A stretch of 63,127 nucleotides of DNA, the filler included, from Octopus bimaculoides (Eukaryota): the NCBI RefSeq assembly GCF_001194135.2. It is 6 parts of 5 records of this genome, joined end to end, with 100 filler letters (N's around TTAATTAATTAA, not from the genome) between each part and the next. Parts side by side here need not be neighbours in the genome. Positions count along the whole stretch, not along the records: positions 29,647 to 51,773 come from NC_069004.1; 5 more parts are not named here. One strand, 5' to 3'. How positions within the stretch are numbered: the stretch's first letter is position 1; each line of letters begins with the position of its first letter. The notes beneath the pieces are model-generated. The model searched no databases. It saw only the letters and a program-made list of their open reading frames with translations, and was not told the DNA's origin. Below, one piece after another: positions 34,401 to 45,099 of the stretch. The position numbers and the translations under genes are program-made.

Positions 34401-37400
34401 GCAGACTTGTTTTAAGAAGGGTTCCAGCCATGGACTTCCATTCTTATCCCCAGACTCAATTGGCCCATAAACTGTTTGTTGAGTCTTTGAGACAGAGGAA
34501 GGTGATGAATGGGGTAGTGGGGTGGGGGCTGAAGACATTGCCTTGTTCTTGTCAAACTGAGAGTCCTTGTCTTTGCAACAGTATAGGCTTCAGCTGTCCA
34601 ACAGTTACATGGTGGCAGTAATCCAGGCAACAGTTTATATTGATCACCGAAGGACTGGTTCAATTCATCCAACAAACTTCTGTGTTTTTATTAATCCAAA
34701 GGTTGGATTAGATTCTTTCTAGAAGACCCTTATCCGAGGTACTGTGCATTGGGATTGATCCTGGTGCCATGCGGTTATCGATGCTTATAACCCTTTACCA
34801 ATGTTTTGTAAATATTGGGTGTAATTTGTAGGAGATTTGCTTGCTATTTCTAGCAATTTGGAAGCCTGCAGAGATCAGTTCCTAGCCTTTTCACTTTCAG
34901 GACCCTCTCTCCGCCTCCTTTTTATTTAAGTAAATTTCCTATGGAAGCCAGGCCTTTAAAAAGTTTGTCAACTCAAGTTTTGAACTCATCTCACCAACTC
35001 TTCCTCACTTTCTTCCACACCATCAGATCTCGGACTGCTCACATAGATCCTCTCTTTTTTGTTGACAGTAAATTCACTTGACCTTTTCTACCCCAATTCA
35101 TTTCATTGTTGTTATTTAACTTTCGACTCAGCCTTCATTTAGCTGATCCATGAAAGTCATTCCAGTCATGACCATTCCATCTGTCTTCTGTGCAGAGTGT
35201 TAGAGACTATCTGAGTTAACCTAAGAATATGAAGCAGAACCTTTCATCCCTTCTGAAGTTAAAATGAAATCCCAGTGCAGTACTCGAGTGGATGGCAGTG
35301 ACTAGCCCCTCCCCTCAAAATTGCTGGCCTTGTTCCTAAATCAGAAGCAATTATTATTGGTGGTGGATGGCTGAGTTTGTGCATCAAACAAAATGCATTG
35401 AGTTGAAATCATGTCAAAGTTGACTTTCCCTTTCATCTTCAAGGAGTTGATAAAATAAAGGACCAGTCATCTCGCCATTGTCGGTTTATGTCCACTTTTG
35501 CATGCTAGTAAGGGTTAGATATTTTAAGTTGGTATTTTATGCAAGATGCCCTTGCTGTTACCCTTTTGGTCACCACAGGGATTTGCTGTACCCATTTGAA
35601 ACCCGAGGTCCTTGTAATTATTATTTAAAGTTTTTCTTTGATCTTTTCACTTGTTATACTGTTATCTTAGATTTTCTTTATCCGTTTTAGGGGCCATGTG
35701 GCCATAATTGTCAACGTTGCAAGCAAATGAGGCTTAACTCCCTCTAACTACACACAGTTAGAGGAACTTTATCAAAAGTATAGTGAGTCTAAGGGTCTTC
35801 GTATTCTAGCCTTCCCATGTAACCAATTTGCTTCCCAGGTAAGTTCTCTAACTTCTTATTCTAAGACAAATTTCCTCAAAGTTTCTTCACAGGATCCCCA
35901 AAATTCTGGGATAGAATTTAGGGGTTCCACAAGGGTTTTTTTTTTTTTTATTAAAATTTAGAAAATTTAGTTTATGAAACAAATACCACTTTAGAGATGT
36001 TTATATTTTTTTTATATTATTTCTCTAAAATTGTTTTTGTTTTGTCTTAATTGGAGTCAGGATTCTGGGATTTTAGTAATTCTGAGTTCAAATCTCACTT
36101 TGACCTCCTTGGGTGGCATTTCGTCTATGACTCAGTAACAAATGAAATGCCACCCAAAGAGGTCACATTTAATGTCCACTTTCTGAGGAATATTCGAGTC
36201 AAGTCTGTGCCTGAAAGGTATCTTTCTCCCTCACTTTTGGAGGCTTTGTAGTCTTGTCTCAGTTTGTCCCCGTATTATCTCCAACGACGTAGTTCTATTT
36301 TTTTTTCTTTAAATCAGTGGTATAAGGGAGGCAACTCTTCTCCACACATCTTTAAATTTTCAATATTATTTTATTAGCGATAATCGAAATTTCTGAAGTT
36401 AGCCTGGCCTTTGCCCAAAGATGAACTGTAAATTATTCAGCGGCGAGCTGAGTTGTTACTGCGCCAGACAAAATGCTGAGTGGAATTTCGTCCATTGTTA
36501 CTTTCAGAGTTCAAATTCTGCCGAGGTTGACTTGCATTTCATCCTTTCACCAGTTGAACCCTAGGGTCAATGTAATCAACGACCCACCCCCACCAAATTT
36601 CAATCCTTGTGCCTATAGTAGAAAGGATTATTATTATTATTATTATTAGTAGTAGTAGTAGTATTTAGATGTCGAGTTGGCAGAATTGTTAGCAAGCCAG
36701 ATAAAATGCTTAGCAATGTTTTGCCCATTGCTAAGTTCTGAGTTCAAATTTCGCTGAGGTCGACTTTGCTTTTTGACCTTTTGAGGTCGATAAAGTAAGT
36801 ACCAGTGAAACACCAGGATCGATATCACCGACTAGTCCCCTCCCGCAAAATTCCGAGGCTTTGTGCCTTCAGTGGAAAGGATGATGATGATGATGATGGT
36901 GGTTGTTGTTGTTGTGGATTAGCTTAAGTGTTAGATCATTGGAGAACATGTTTTGTGTTTCAAGTTACACTGATCGGACTTTCCTCCTTCTGCGGATTAA
37001 TAAAGTATCAGTCTAGTTGTGGGATCGATCACATTGACTAAACCCATCCACTAAAAACTGCTATGTGCCGAAAGGAAGGGAATTGGCAGAATCGTTAGAG
37101 CATCTGACAAAATACTTGATCTTTGTTTTACCTCTTAACATTTGGAGCTCAAATCCCACCACAGTGTTGTGTCTATAAAGCCAAATAACTATCATCTACT
37201 GGAGAAAATCTAATTAACAGCTCTCTGTACCTAAAACTGGGGTCTCTTTGGTGAGGCTACCATCTACTGCAGCAGTAGATGTCTCCATGGTACTACTTTA
37301 TTCTGTATTAGATAGTAAGGTACAAGATAAGGGAGATTTTCTGCACTTTCTAGCTGATAAAGCAACCATGTACAAGCACTGAAATGCACCTCAGATTCTA

Positions 37401-39931
37401 GTCTGGAAGTAAAATAGGAAATTGTTAAAATTGACAGATTTTTGTGCATCAAAAATTGTTTTTGTTTCTTATAGGAACCTGGAACTAACGAAGAGATCAA
37501 AGATTTTGTTAGTAAAAAATATCAAGTTTCTTTTGATATGTTCAGTAAAATAGACGTGAATGGCAAGTCAGCTCACCCTTTGTGGATATTTTTGAAAAAA
37601 GAACAGCCTGGATTTCTAACTGAGTAAGGAGGAACTTTTCTCAACTTCATTTATTTTCCTCAATAATTTAATAGCAATTTTCAAATTGTAGATTTTTTAA
37701 TATGTCTGTCATGCATGCGAAATGAAAAGAGGTTCACCTACCTTCTTCTCTCGTCTGTGCTTGTCTAGTAGTAGTCACTCCAGTGATCCTGCCCTACCCT
37801 GTCACCCAGTGCTATCTGACCAACCCAGGAGAGAATCCCCTGACGTCCGTCCACGATGCCTCAGCCAGCTAAAAGAGCCCGACCCTGTCCTGTCTCCCCT
37901 GCACTTCCCTTCTCATGCTTCTTCTTCCAGTCAGTCCCTTGACCATTGACGTCATGGCCCTCTTCCGGCTCATCCCTACACACCCCCGTTGATCTCAAAG
38001 ATCACCTCCTCACTTCAATCCATGTTGAAATCTACCACCCACCTGGGTGGGCACCTTGCATGTTAGGATCTTCTTAAACTGGGAACCTCATTCTCTTCCT
38101 CTTCTCCACAATCATCACCCAACGAAACAACAATCCTACGAACATCCAAAGCATGACACAACATTCCATCCACAGTGATATCGTTTTTGGAATTAACAGC
38201 CGTCACTATTTCTCTGTTCAACTGAATTGTGCAGCGTGCCTTTGGTGGCTGTCCAATGACTGAAACTGTTGAAAGAATAAAGTCTATTTATTTGTATTTC
38301 ATGTTGCAGTGGCATCAAATGGAATTTGACCAAATTCCTCATCAACAAAGAAGGTGTTCCTGTGAAACGTTATGGTCCAAAAACAGCCCCAAAGGTGACT
38401 CTTTACACTTTTCTCTTCTGCCATTAACAATGTTAAGCTGGTCTTTTATTGTTTGGTTGTTAAATGATATTGAGGCATTGTCTTATAGTCGGATGCCTTT
38501 CCCTTGATAACACTGTGTAACACAATTTTTGTGTAGCAACTGGGTAGCAACTGCTTTTTTCTTTTTATTTACTTACGCCAGTATGAAAAATAGCTAATAT
38601 TTCCTTCAAACTTTACTTTTGTTACATTTAGGCAAATCTCTATGATGCTCCCCCACTATTCTTGCTCACGGTCAGAGCCAATAAGGGACATGCTCAAGTG
38701 GTTAATGTCAAGCAACTGTCAACAGAATACTTGCTATAATGATATTTTTGTTTCAGCAACTCTGTGCTGAATCTATTTGAAATGTAATGAAAAATAAGTC
38801 AGTTTCAAAACATTGATGTCCAGGTCACAAAAGCCAAGTTTGAAGAGAATAGTTGTCATTTCAATTGATTTCTAGATAGAAGCAAATAGGAAATAGCACT
38901 TTACTGATCAAAGACAAAAATTTGATCCGTTGTGTAATTTTCCCTTTTATTCCATAAAGATTATTTCTTCCACTTATTTTTCAAAATGCTGATCTCAAGG
39001 GTGAATTTTTTTTTTTTCTGACAAACTTGACTGAATTTTAAACTTAATGTAAGATACAGATTATAAACATAAAAACACTCCATGTACACTTATAAATGAC
39101 AGGCTTCTCAACAGTTTCCACCTACCAATTTCACTCACGAACCATTGGCTGTCCCACAGCAGTAATAGAAGGCACTTGCCCAAGGTGATTCACATGAAGC
39201 CATACTTGCTCTTTGATAGTAAAAAAAAAAGTGGCGGGACAGGAGTGGCCGTGTGGTTGAGGTTTGCTTCCCAATCACATGGTTTTGGGTTCATACCCAC
39301 TTCATGGCACCTTGGGAATGTCTTCTGCTATAACCCTGGGCCAACCAAAGCCTGTTTGTATGCATGTGTTGATGCCTCCTTTACTGGATATTGCATCAGT
39401 TGTAAACAAGTGTCACTGCCATGACAAGTCCTTTGTCTCCAGTCTTCTGAGATCTTTTCTGGTCATGGGAAAATATTACTGTTAAATAGAAACCAATGAG
39501 GATTAGCAACAAGGAGGGTATCCAGTTGTAGATTATAATTTCTAGTTTGGGCACACAGGGCCAGCTATTTTTTGAGGGGAGGGGGGGAGTCAGTTACATT
39601 GAGCCCAGTGCTCAACTGGGCTCAATGTAACTGACTTCTGAAAGGATGAAAGGCAATCTGTCTTGGCAGCATCTGAACTCAGAATGTAAAGATGCAGAAG
39701 AAATAGCATTGAGCATTTTGTCCAGTGTAGTAATGGTTCCTTCATCTGACTACCTTTCTATATCTGCTCTCTCACTCACACATCTATCTATCTATATCTA
39801 TATCTGTCTGTCTGTCTGTCTAATTGTCTGTCTGTCTAATTGTCTGTCTGTCTAATTGTCTGTCTGTCTAATTGTCTGTCTGTTTCTTGTCTTTTCAGGA
39901 AATAGAAAAAGACTTGGCTATTTATTGGTAA
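31345..39931 (+). CDS. GPX4: Selenoprotein glutathione peroxidase, GPx4/PHGPx-like; 6 coding exons: join(31345..31422,34302..34378,35691..35838,37475..37623,38310..38394,39899..39931), 189 aa, Sec65
   Basis: Manual splicing gives one frame with GT-AG introns and matching phases (0,2,0,2,0): [189 protein letters not shown]. GPx motifs NVASx[22 protein letters not shown] and KWN are present. Exons 2-6 are secure; exon 1 is less so. Confidence 0.93.
32940..34250 (-). mobile_element. CRE-clade-like non-LTR retrotransposon fragment in GPx4 intron 1 (antisense)
   Basis: ILGLPI...[28 protein letters not shown]; QRKWDTI...[13 protein letters not shown]; C-terminal RLFQCIS../LQGNAFSIL. These resemble CRE ORF blocks; many stops and frameshifts. 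Confidence 0.7.
34302..34378 (+). CDS. GPX4: GPx4 exon 2 ([26 protein letters not shown])
   Basis: tgttatttcag| acceptor and CG|gtaagt donor; matches the GPx4 N-terminal pattern EFSAKxIDGxxVxLxKYRG. Confidence 0.93.
35691..35838 (+). CDS. GPX4: GPx4 exon 3 with the in-frame Sec codon TGA at 35728-35730
   Basis: ccgttttag| acceptor and CAG|gtaagt donor; VNVASK-TGA-GLT at the catalytic position; [12 protein letters not shown]. Confidence 0.96.
36436..36878 (+). mobile_element. Two diverged SINE family A copies in GPx4 intron 3
   Basis: cggcgagctg...gagttcaaattctgccgaggttgac...ccttgtgcctatagtagaaagga, repeated after an (ATT)n(AGT)n tail. Confidence 0.75.
37475..37623 (+). CDS. GPX4: GPx4 exon 4
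   Basis: tttcttatag| acceptor and GA|gtaagg donor; [11 protein letters not shown]...[22 protein letters not shown]. Confidence 0.95.
37750..38190 (-). mobile_element. Gypsy-type LTR retrotransposon 3' end (integrase C-terminus, PPT, LTR) in GPx4 intron 4
   Basis: Minus frame [15 protein letters not shown]...[18 protein letters not shown] resembles the .VDG..RH..D.R...LRRS.R...PP..DY pol tail. Followed by G-rich aacgggggtg and a TG-starting LTR (TGTAGGGATG at 37980). Confidence 0.55.
38310..38394 (+). CDS. GPX4: GPx4 exon 5
   Basis: atgttgcag| acceptor and AAG|gtgact donor; [23 protein letters not shown]. Confidence 0.95.
39545..39735 (-). mobile_element. SINE family A copy in GPx4 intron 5, containing a perfect 20-bp-arm palindrome
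   Basis: ggcacacagggcc...gaaaggatgaaaggcaa...gaactcagaatgtaaag in minus orientation. Confidence 0.75.
39899..39931 (+). CDS. GPX4: GPx4 exon 6 coding part ([10 protein letters not shown])
   Basis: cttgtcttttcag| acceptor; IEKDL motif as at the GPx4 C-terminus; ends in TAA; followed by the SECIS. Confidence 0.9.
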   Translation, partial: EIEKDLAIYW

Positions 39932-39990
39932 CCAAACCCCTTACTCTCTCAGACTGACATTCTATGGTGTTGACTATTCTGACGTAACTT

Positions 39991-40036
39991 ATGAAGGAAG
40001 TTTCCTAAAACCATTCCTTGGTAGAAAACTCCTGAT
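39991..40036 (+). promoter_or_regulatory. Type II SECIS element in the GPx4 3' UTR
   Basis: A-UGAA (39991-39995) pairs opposite UGAU (40033-40036) as the quartet. Helix II is GGAAGUUUCCU/AGAAAACUCC, with one bulge and one mismatch. Unpaired AAA at 40007-40009. Apical mini-helix ACCA/UGGU with a UUCCU loop. Helix I is not clearly resolved by eye. Confidence 0.88.
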
Positions 40037-40128
40037 TTCTCTGGTTTCTCTCATTTTGGTCAACACTGTTTTGATGTCTGTCTGTTTGTCCCTCCTTCAC
40101 TTCATTAATTTTTTTTTTTTTTTATTCA

Positions 40129-40172
40129 ATTAAAACAAAAATAGTTCAGTCACTCAGTGTTGTTGTTGCTTG
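40129..40172 (+). terminator. Probable GPx4 polyadenylation signal (ATTAAA) with downstream GT-rich element
   Basis: ATTAAA at 40129-40134, about 95 nt after the SECIS, followed by gtgttgttgttgcttg at about 40157-40172. Confidence 0.5.
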
Positions 40173-41164
40173 ATTCATTAATATTTTCTGGAACTGTTGT
40201 TAATTACATGGACCAGTAATTACTGGTACACTGTATTTTTACAGGTGAGTGTCTGTACAACTCGGGCAGAGTAAATATCACAAGGTATTTTGGTTCAGAC
40301 ATTTGTTGGTTCAACATCTGAAGATGTGGGATGAATTTTCTTAAAACCAAGACTGGTGTGAGGAAGGGCAACCATGTGGAGGGTACTTGAGGGAGATATG
40401 TCATTGTTGGCATTAGTGTCAAAATGCAAGGGTCTGTCAGTCCATTGCCTAGGGTTTGTACTTTTTTTTTATTTATCTTAAAGAGCAAAGTTAACCTCTG
40501 AGCAATTTGAACTCGGAACAAATACCACAAGATATTCTATCCAACAACCTAACAATGGCAGTAGGGCACGGGGGTTGCCAGGGTTGGAAAGGAGATAAGT
40601 TATTCATCCACCACTGGGAAGAAGATTGAAGAATTTTTTTTTTTTTCTAATTAATAAAGGTGATGGANNNNNNNNNNNNNNNNNNNNNNNNNNNNNNNNN
40701 NNNNNNNNNNNNNNNNNNNNNNNNNNNNNNNNNNNNNNNNNNNNNNNNNNNNNNNNNNNNNNNNNNNNNNNNNNNNNNNNNNNNNNNNNNNNNNNNNNNN
40801 NNNNNNNNNNNNNNNNNNNNNNNNNNNNNNNNNNNNNNNNNNNNNNNNNNNNNNNNNNNNNNNNNNNNNNNNNNNNNNNNNNNNNNNNNNNNNNNNNNNN
40901 NNNNNNNNNNNNNNNNNNNNNNNNNNNNNNNNNNNNNNNNNNNNNNNNNNNNNNNNNNNNNNNNNNNNNNNNNNNNNNNNNNNNNNNNNNNNNNNNNNNN
41001 NNNNNNNNNNNNNNNNNNNNNNNNNNNNNNNNNNNNNNNNNNNNNNNNNNNNNTTCAAGAATAAACTCTCAATTACGTAACATTTTCATTATAACATTTT
41101 TTACTTCAAATGGTCGTGCCTGATTCAACATTATTCTTAAAGAAATTAAAGAAAAAAGAAAGGC

Positions 41165-41705
41165 ACCATAACACGATTGGGTTAGCAGTAGTGGAGGTCA
41201 TTCTGAAAGCTTAGCTGCTGAAATCAGAACATGCTGGGCAAAGTTCAGAGATCTGCCTCTGTTAGTAACAAAGGGCTTCTCCCTCAGAATAAAAGGCACA
41301 TCGTATGATGCCTGTGTGTATGAACAGCTATGCTACATGGCAGTGAAACACAAGCTGTAACTACAGAGTACATGTGAAGGCTTGAAAGAAACGAAGCCAG
41401 AATGCTTTGCTGGATGGGTAATATCAGTGTGCCTGTATGAGAGAGTGTAAGCGATTTGAGAGAAAAACTGGATATGAGGCATCAGATGTAGGCAAAGGAG
41501 AAAACTGCTGGTTTGGTTATGTGTTGCATATGGATGAGGACAGTTGCATGAAGTGTCAATCTGTAATTGTGGAGAGAACAAGTGGAAGGGGTAGATGCAG
41601 GAAGACATGGGATGAAGTGGTGAGAAAGGATTTTCAGATGCTGGGCTTCACTGAGAGGATGACAAGGAACTGAGACTTCTGGTGGTCCGTTGTGCTTGAG
41701 AAGAC
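41165..41705 (+). mobile_element. Decayed RTE-clade LINE ORF2 C-terminal fragment
   Basis: RTCWAKFRDL/PLLVTKG, then WFGYVLHMDEDSCMK...GRGRCRKTWDEVVRKD; same family as 45100-46410 and 48131-48852. Confidence 0.8.
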
Positions 41706-41959
41706 ATGTGAAGCTGTTTAAAATTATCCTTCCATACAGCCATGTCTCTCACATCCCTCTTCAGCTGAGCAATTCTAATCTTGTGGCATCATAGGTGCTG
41801 ATGCCTGACCTTGAAATGATAAAAAGTTAAATTAACCTTGGTGGGATTTGAACTTTGCTGCCAAAAGAGGATGGTGGGACAATCTTCACAATGGACTCAG
41901 CTGATGCCTGTGGCTTCATCCTACATGTGACAGTAGGTGTTCAAGAAAAACTCACAGCA

Positions 41960-42534
41960 ATGATCAGCTGTTGTCAAGCGCATGTAGAGCAGTTTCATTT
42001 TCCCATTTGCATCTTGAAATGGCTCACAGCATTTTCACATCTTGTACTGGCAATAGAAAAACGCATCAGACAGTGGCCACACATTTTCATCCCAGTAGCT
42101 ACCCTCTTGACCTAGAGCAGCTCTATCTCCACCAGGCACTTAATGTAGGCCTCTGTTTTCAGTCAGAGACCGTGTGGGAAGGTGAATAGAGGCATAACGT
42201 CACCATCACTACTGATCACTCTAAATACCATGATGTCGATTGGATGTTTGATTTTTATCCCTCTCAGTACATGTCCTCAGATTGCACTATACTCAGATTG
42301 ACATCCAAACACTCTGAAATATTCATATTGGAGCTTCTGGCGCGAATGCCAAGCAGTACAGTATGTCGTTTCCAAATTTCTGGCAGAGTGAATTGTATCA
42401 TGGTGCTGTTTTTCTCACAGGGAGTGCCCAGCTGACCCTACTATAATGTGTAGTTGACAAAATCAAAAACAAACTATGCACATGCATGAAATTAAAAATA
42501 TAAAATGGTGACAATTTACCTATTACACCCTGTA
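41960..42534 (-). mobile_element. Internally deleted maT/mariner-like transposon with one TIR
   Basis: Ends ...gtgacaatttacctattacaccctg|TA. Minus frames MIQFTLPEIWKRHTVLLGIRA (N-terminus) and IKHPIDIMVFRVISSDGDVMPLFTFPHGL*LKTEAYIKCL (DDD core start). Confidence 0.7.
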
Positions 42535-45099
42535 ATTATATATATATATATATATATACACACACAAGAAGGCAGGAGAAGTAGATGTACTTCAACTAGT
42601 GTTCCAGTAAGTGAAACAGGTGCTATGTAGTTGCTAGAGTTTCTATGTTGACAAATAACAGGAGAGAAAACAAATAGATTAAAAACTAAAATAGATGATG
42701 ATAGATAAAAATAAAATATTTTGATAAATTCTAAAATGTTAGTGAGATAAGGATCCTTGCCAACAGAGTAAACTGGTCAAGTACTACTATGATATTTTTG
42801 TTGGTATGTTTGTGTATATGTAGATGTATGTATATATGTAATAATGTATGTGTGTATATGTATAGATGAGCATTTGTATGTATTTACTTTTGCTTTCACC
42901 TATACAAACAGATATATACATATATCTTTATCAATGCACATATACTCAACATTCTTTATATATATTTTTATTTAAGTTTTCCATTTTATGAGGATTTTTT
43001 TTCTTTTTTCCATTTACATTCTCCCTTCCAAAGCCCACCTACTGATCAGTTATCATCCTTGTACTACAAATTGTTCCATTTGTATCAATTATCAGTTACA
43101 TGTTGCAACAACACTAAGTACAACCCAACCGACTTGTTAGTAATGTGCAATCAATGGATAATTTGATAAAAAAAAATCCCACTTTTAATCAAGATTAATA
43201 AGTGAACGCAGTGATTTAGATAACCCAGAATAGAAACCTGAAAATGGAATGGATAAAGCAGACCGTCGACTGCAGGAAAAGCCCCAAACTTGAAGGACGT
43301 GAAATTGTGTGAAGGCAACTGTTGTTCAAACAATTAAGTCTTAATCCAATTAGTTGTTTATAAAATGATCGAAGAATCAAAATTCAAGTTTATGGATGGG
43401 ATAATCTATAAGGTAAAAGATTAGCCCATTTGTAATTCCCACAATTTAATCTATCAACTAACAGGTTAGACTTTACACTGGCGGCAAATAAGTTAAGAAA
43501 ATACAAGATAAATTCCATATGTCTTGTAAGTCCAGTCATCAATTCCCCACAGGGAAAGTTCACCATAATCGATTCACTGTTTAAAAATTATTATTATTTT
43601 TTTTCAATAAAATAGTTCTTAGCTATTAATGGCGAGATACTATGGATACGTTTTCTCAGTAAACTTTGCTTGCAGTGAATTGATAGCGGTGAACTTATCT
43701 ATAATCCAAATTCCATTAAGTGGACAGATAGTAGAAATGAATTTACTTAATTTTAAAATATTCTTAATATATAAACATTCAGATTTAACTACAAAGCACC
43801 AATGAATTGACAAAGGAAGTAATTTATGAAAAAATGGGGAATTGCACTTAAACATTTAAGTTTGTAATGTTGAAGGGCTACCCAAAATTTCTCAACTCCA
43901 GTACACTACTGGTAGTCATCACTCCTGAATGGGTTAGGGTTAGGGGACCATGTACCATGCTTTCATTTATTGTTCTAGAGGCCTGAGTAGTCATGAGCAG
44001 ATATGGACACTCACTCAGCAGAACATTAAAGACACAACACATCACTCAGTTCAGGAACAAAACCCATGGCTTTATGACTATGATCTAAATACCCCAACCA
44101 CCACACCATTTGTTTTCCCCATTCAAAGACGACTGTAGAGATATAAAATATATCATGCCCTTTTTTTTTTAAACTTGAAGGAAGAAATAGATTTTGATCC
44201 CTACAATTTCAGAGTTCAGGGTTAGGACAAGACCTTGCAGTTGCTCCTTAACCCCTTTAGAACAGGATAGAGATGCTGATTTATGGCTAAAGGACTTTGT
44301 TTTGCATCATTTGTGCCTGTAAATAATGGCTTGTCTTCAATAGCAGCTCAATGTACCTCAAATTGTACCCTCTCATTTCAACTTATAAATAGTTATATTA
44401 GATTCTCTGTTTCTAAACATGACCAGAATGGTTTGGGTTGTGGCCCTGCCGGATCATAGTCGATCTGGGCTTAAACAAGTTTGGATCAAACTTAAGAAGC
44501 TGGTGGTTGTGAGGAGGATTACAACTTGAAACCAGATGAGTCACCAGGTGAGCCTTTACACCATCCTCTCAGTCCGCTCAATGTCTTCCAAAGCAAAGGT
44601 ATAGCTGACACAGCTTGGCACCAGTGATGCCATGCTTCTCATCAGAGCACAAAGAACCAAAAGAGAAACCCCAGCATGCAATACTCGACCCTGAAACTGT
44701 TCTGCCTACCCACCACCTTGTATTTGTACTTTTTTATTGACCCCTTAAATAGAAAGGGCAAAGCTGTCCTTAACTGCATTTGGAATGAAAGCATTGAAAG
44801 TTGTAACAAATGTTGCAATGAATTCTTTCCTCTCTGTTGTTGTCTTGAAATAAACAATAACATATCAGATAGTGTTGTTTGCTTTAGCAGACTACGTTTG
44901 ATAATAAGTGTGATGGTCATGGCTAGAATTCCTTTAATCTGCTTGAAGTTATCTGACTCTTGGAGTTTAATAGCAACTGCAACAATTAAAAACTGGGGAA
45001 AAAATATGGATAGTTAAGGCAAAATGTAATAATAATAATAATAATAATGTATTCAGATTTTGGTACAAGTCCAGCAATTTCAGTGGAGGTGATAAGTTG

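Noticed and set aside
35715-35738. Weak hairpin around the Sec codon (possible SRE)
   Set aside because: Only 4+3 bp with a bulge; too weak to distinguish from chance.
43929-43946. gggttagggttagggg telomere-like motif
   Set aside because: Only two TTAGGG units; expected by chance.
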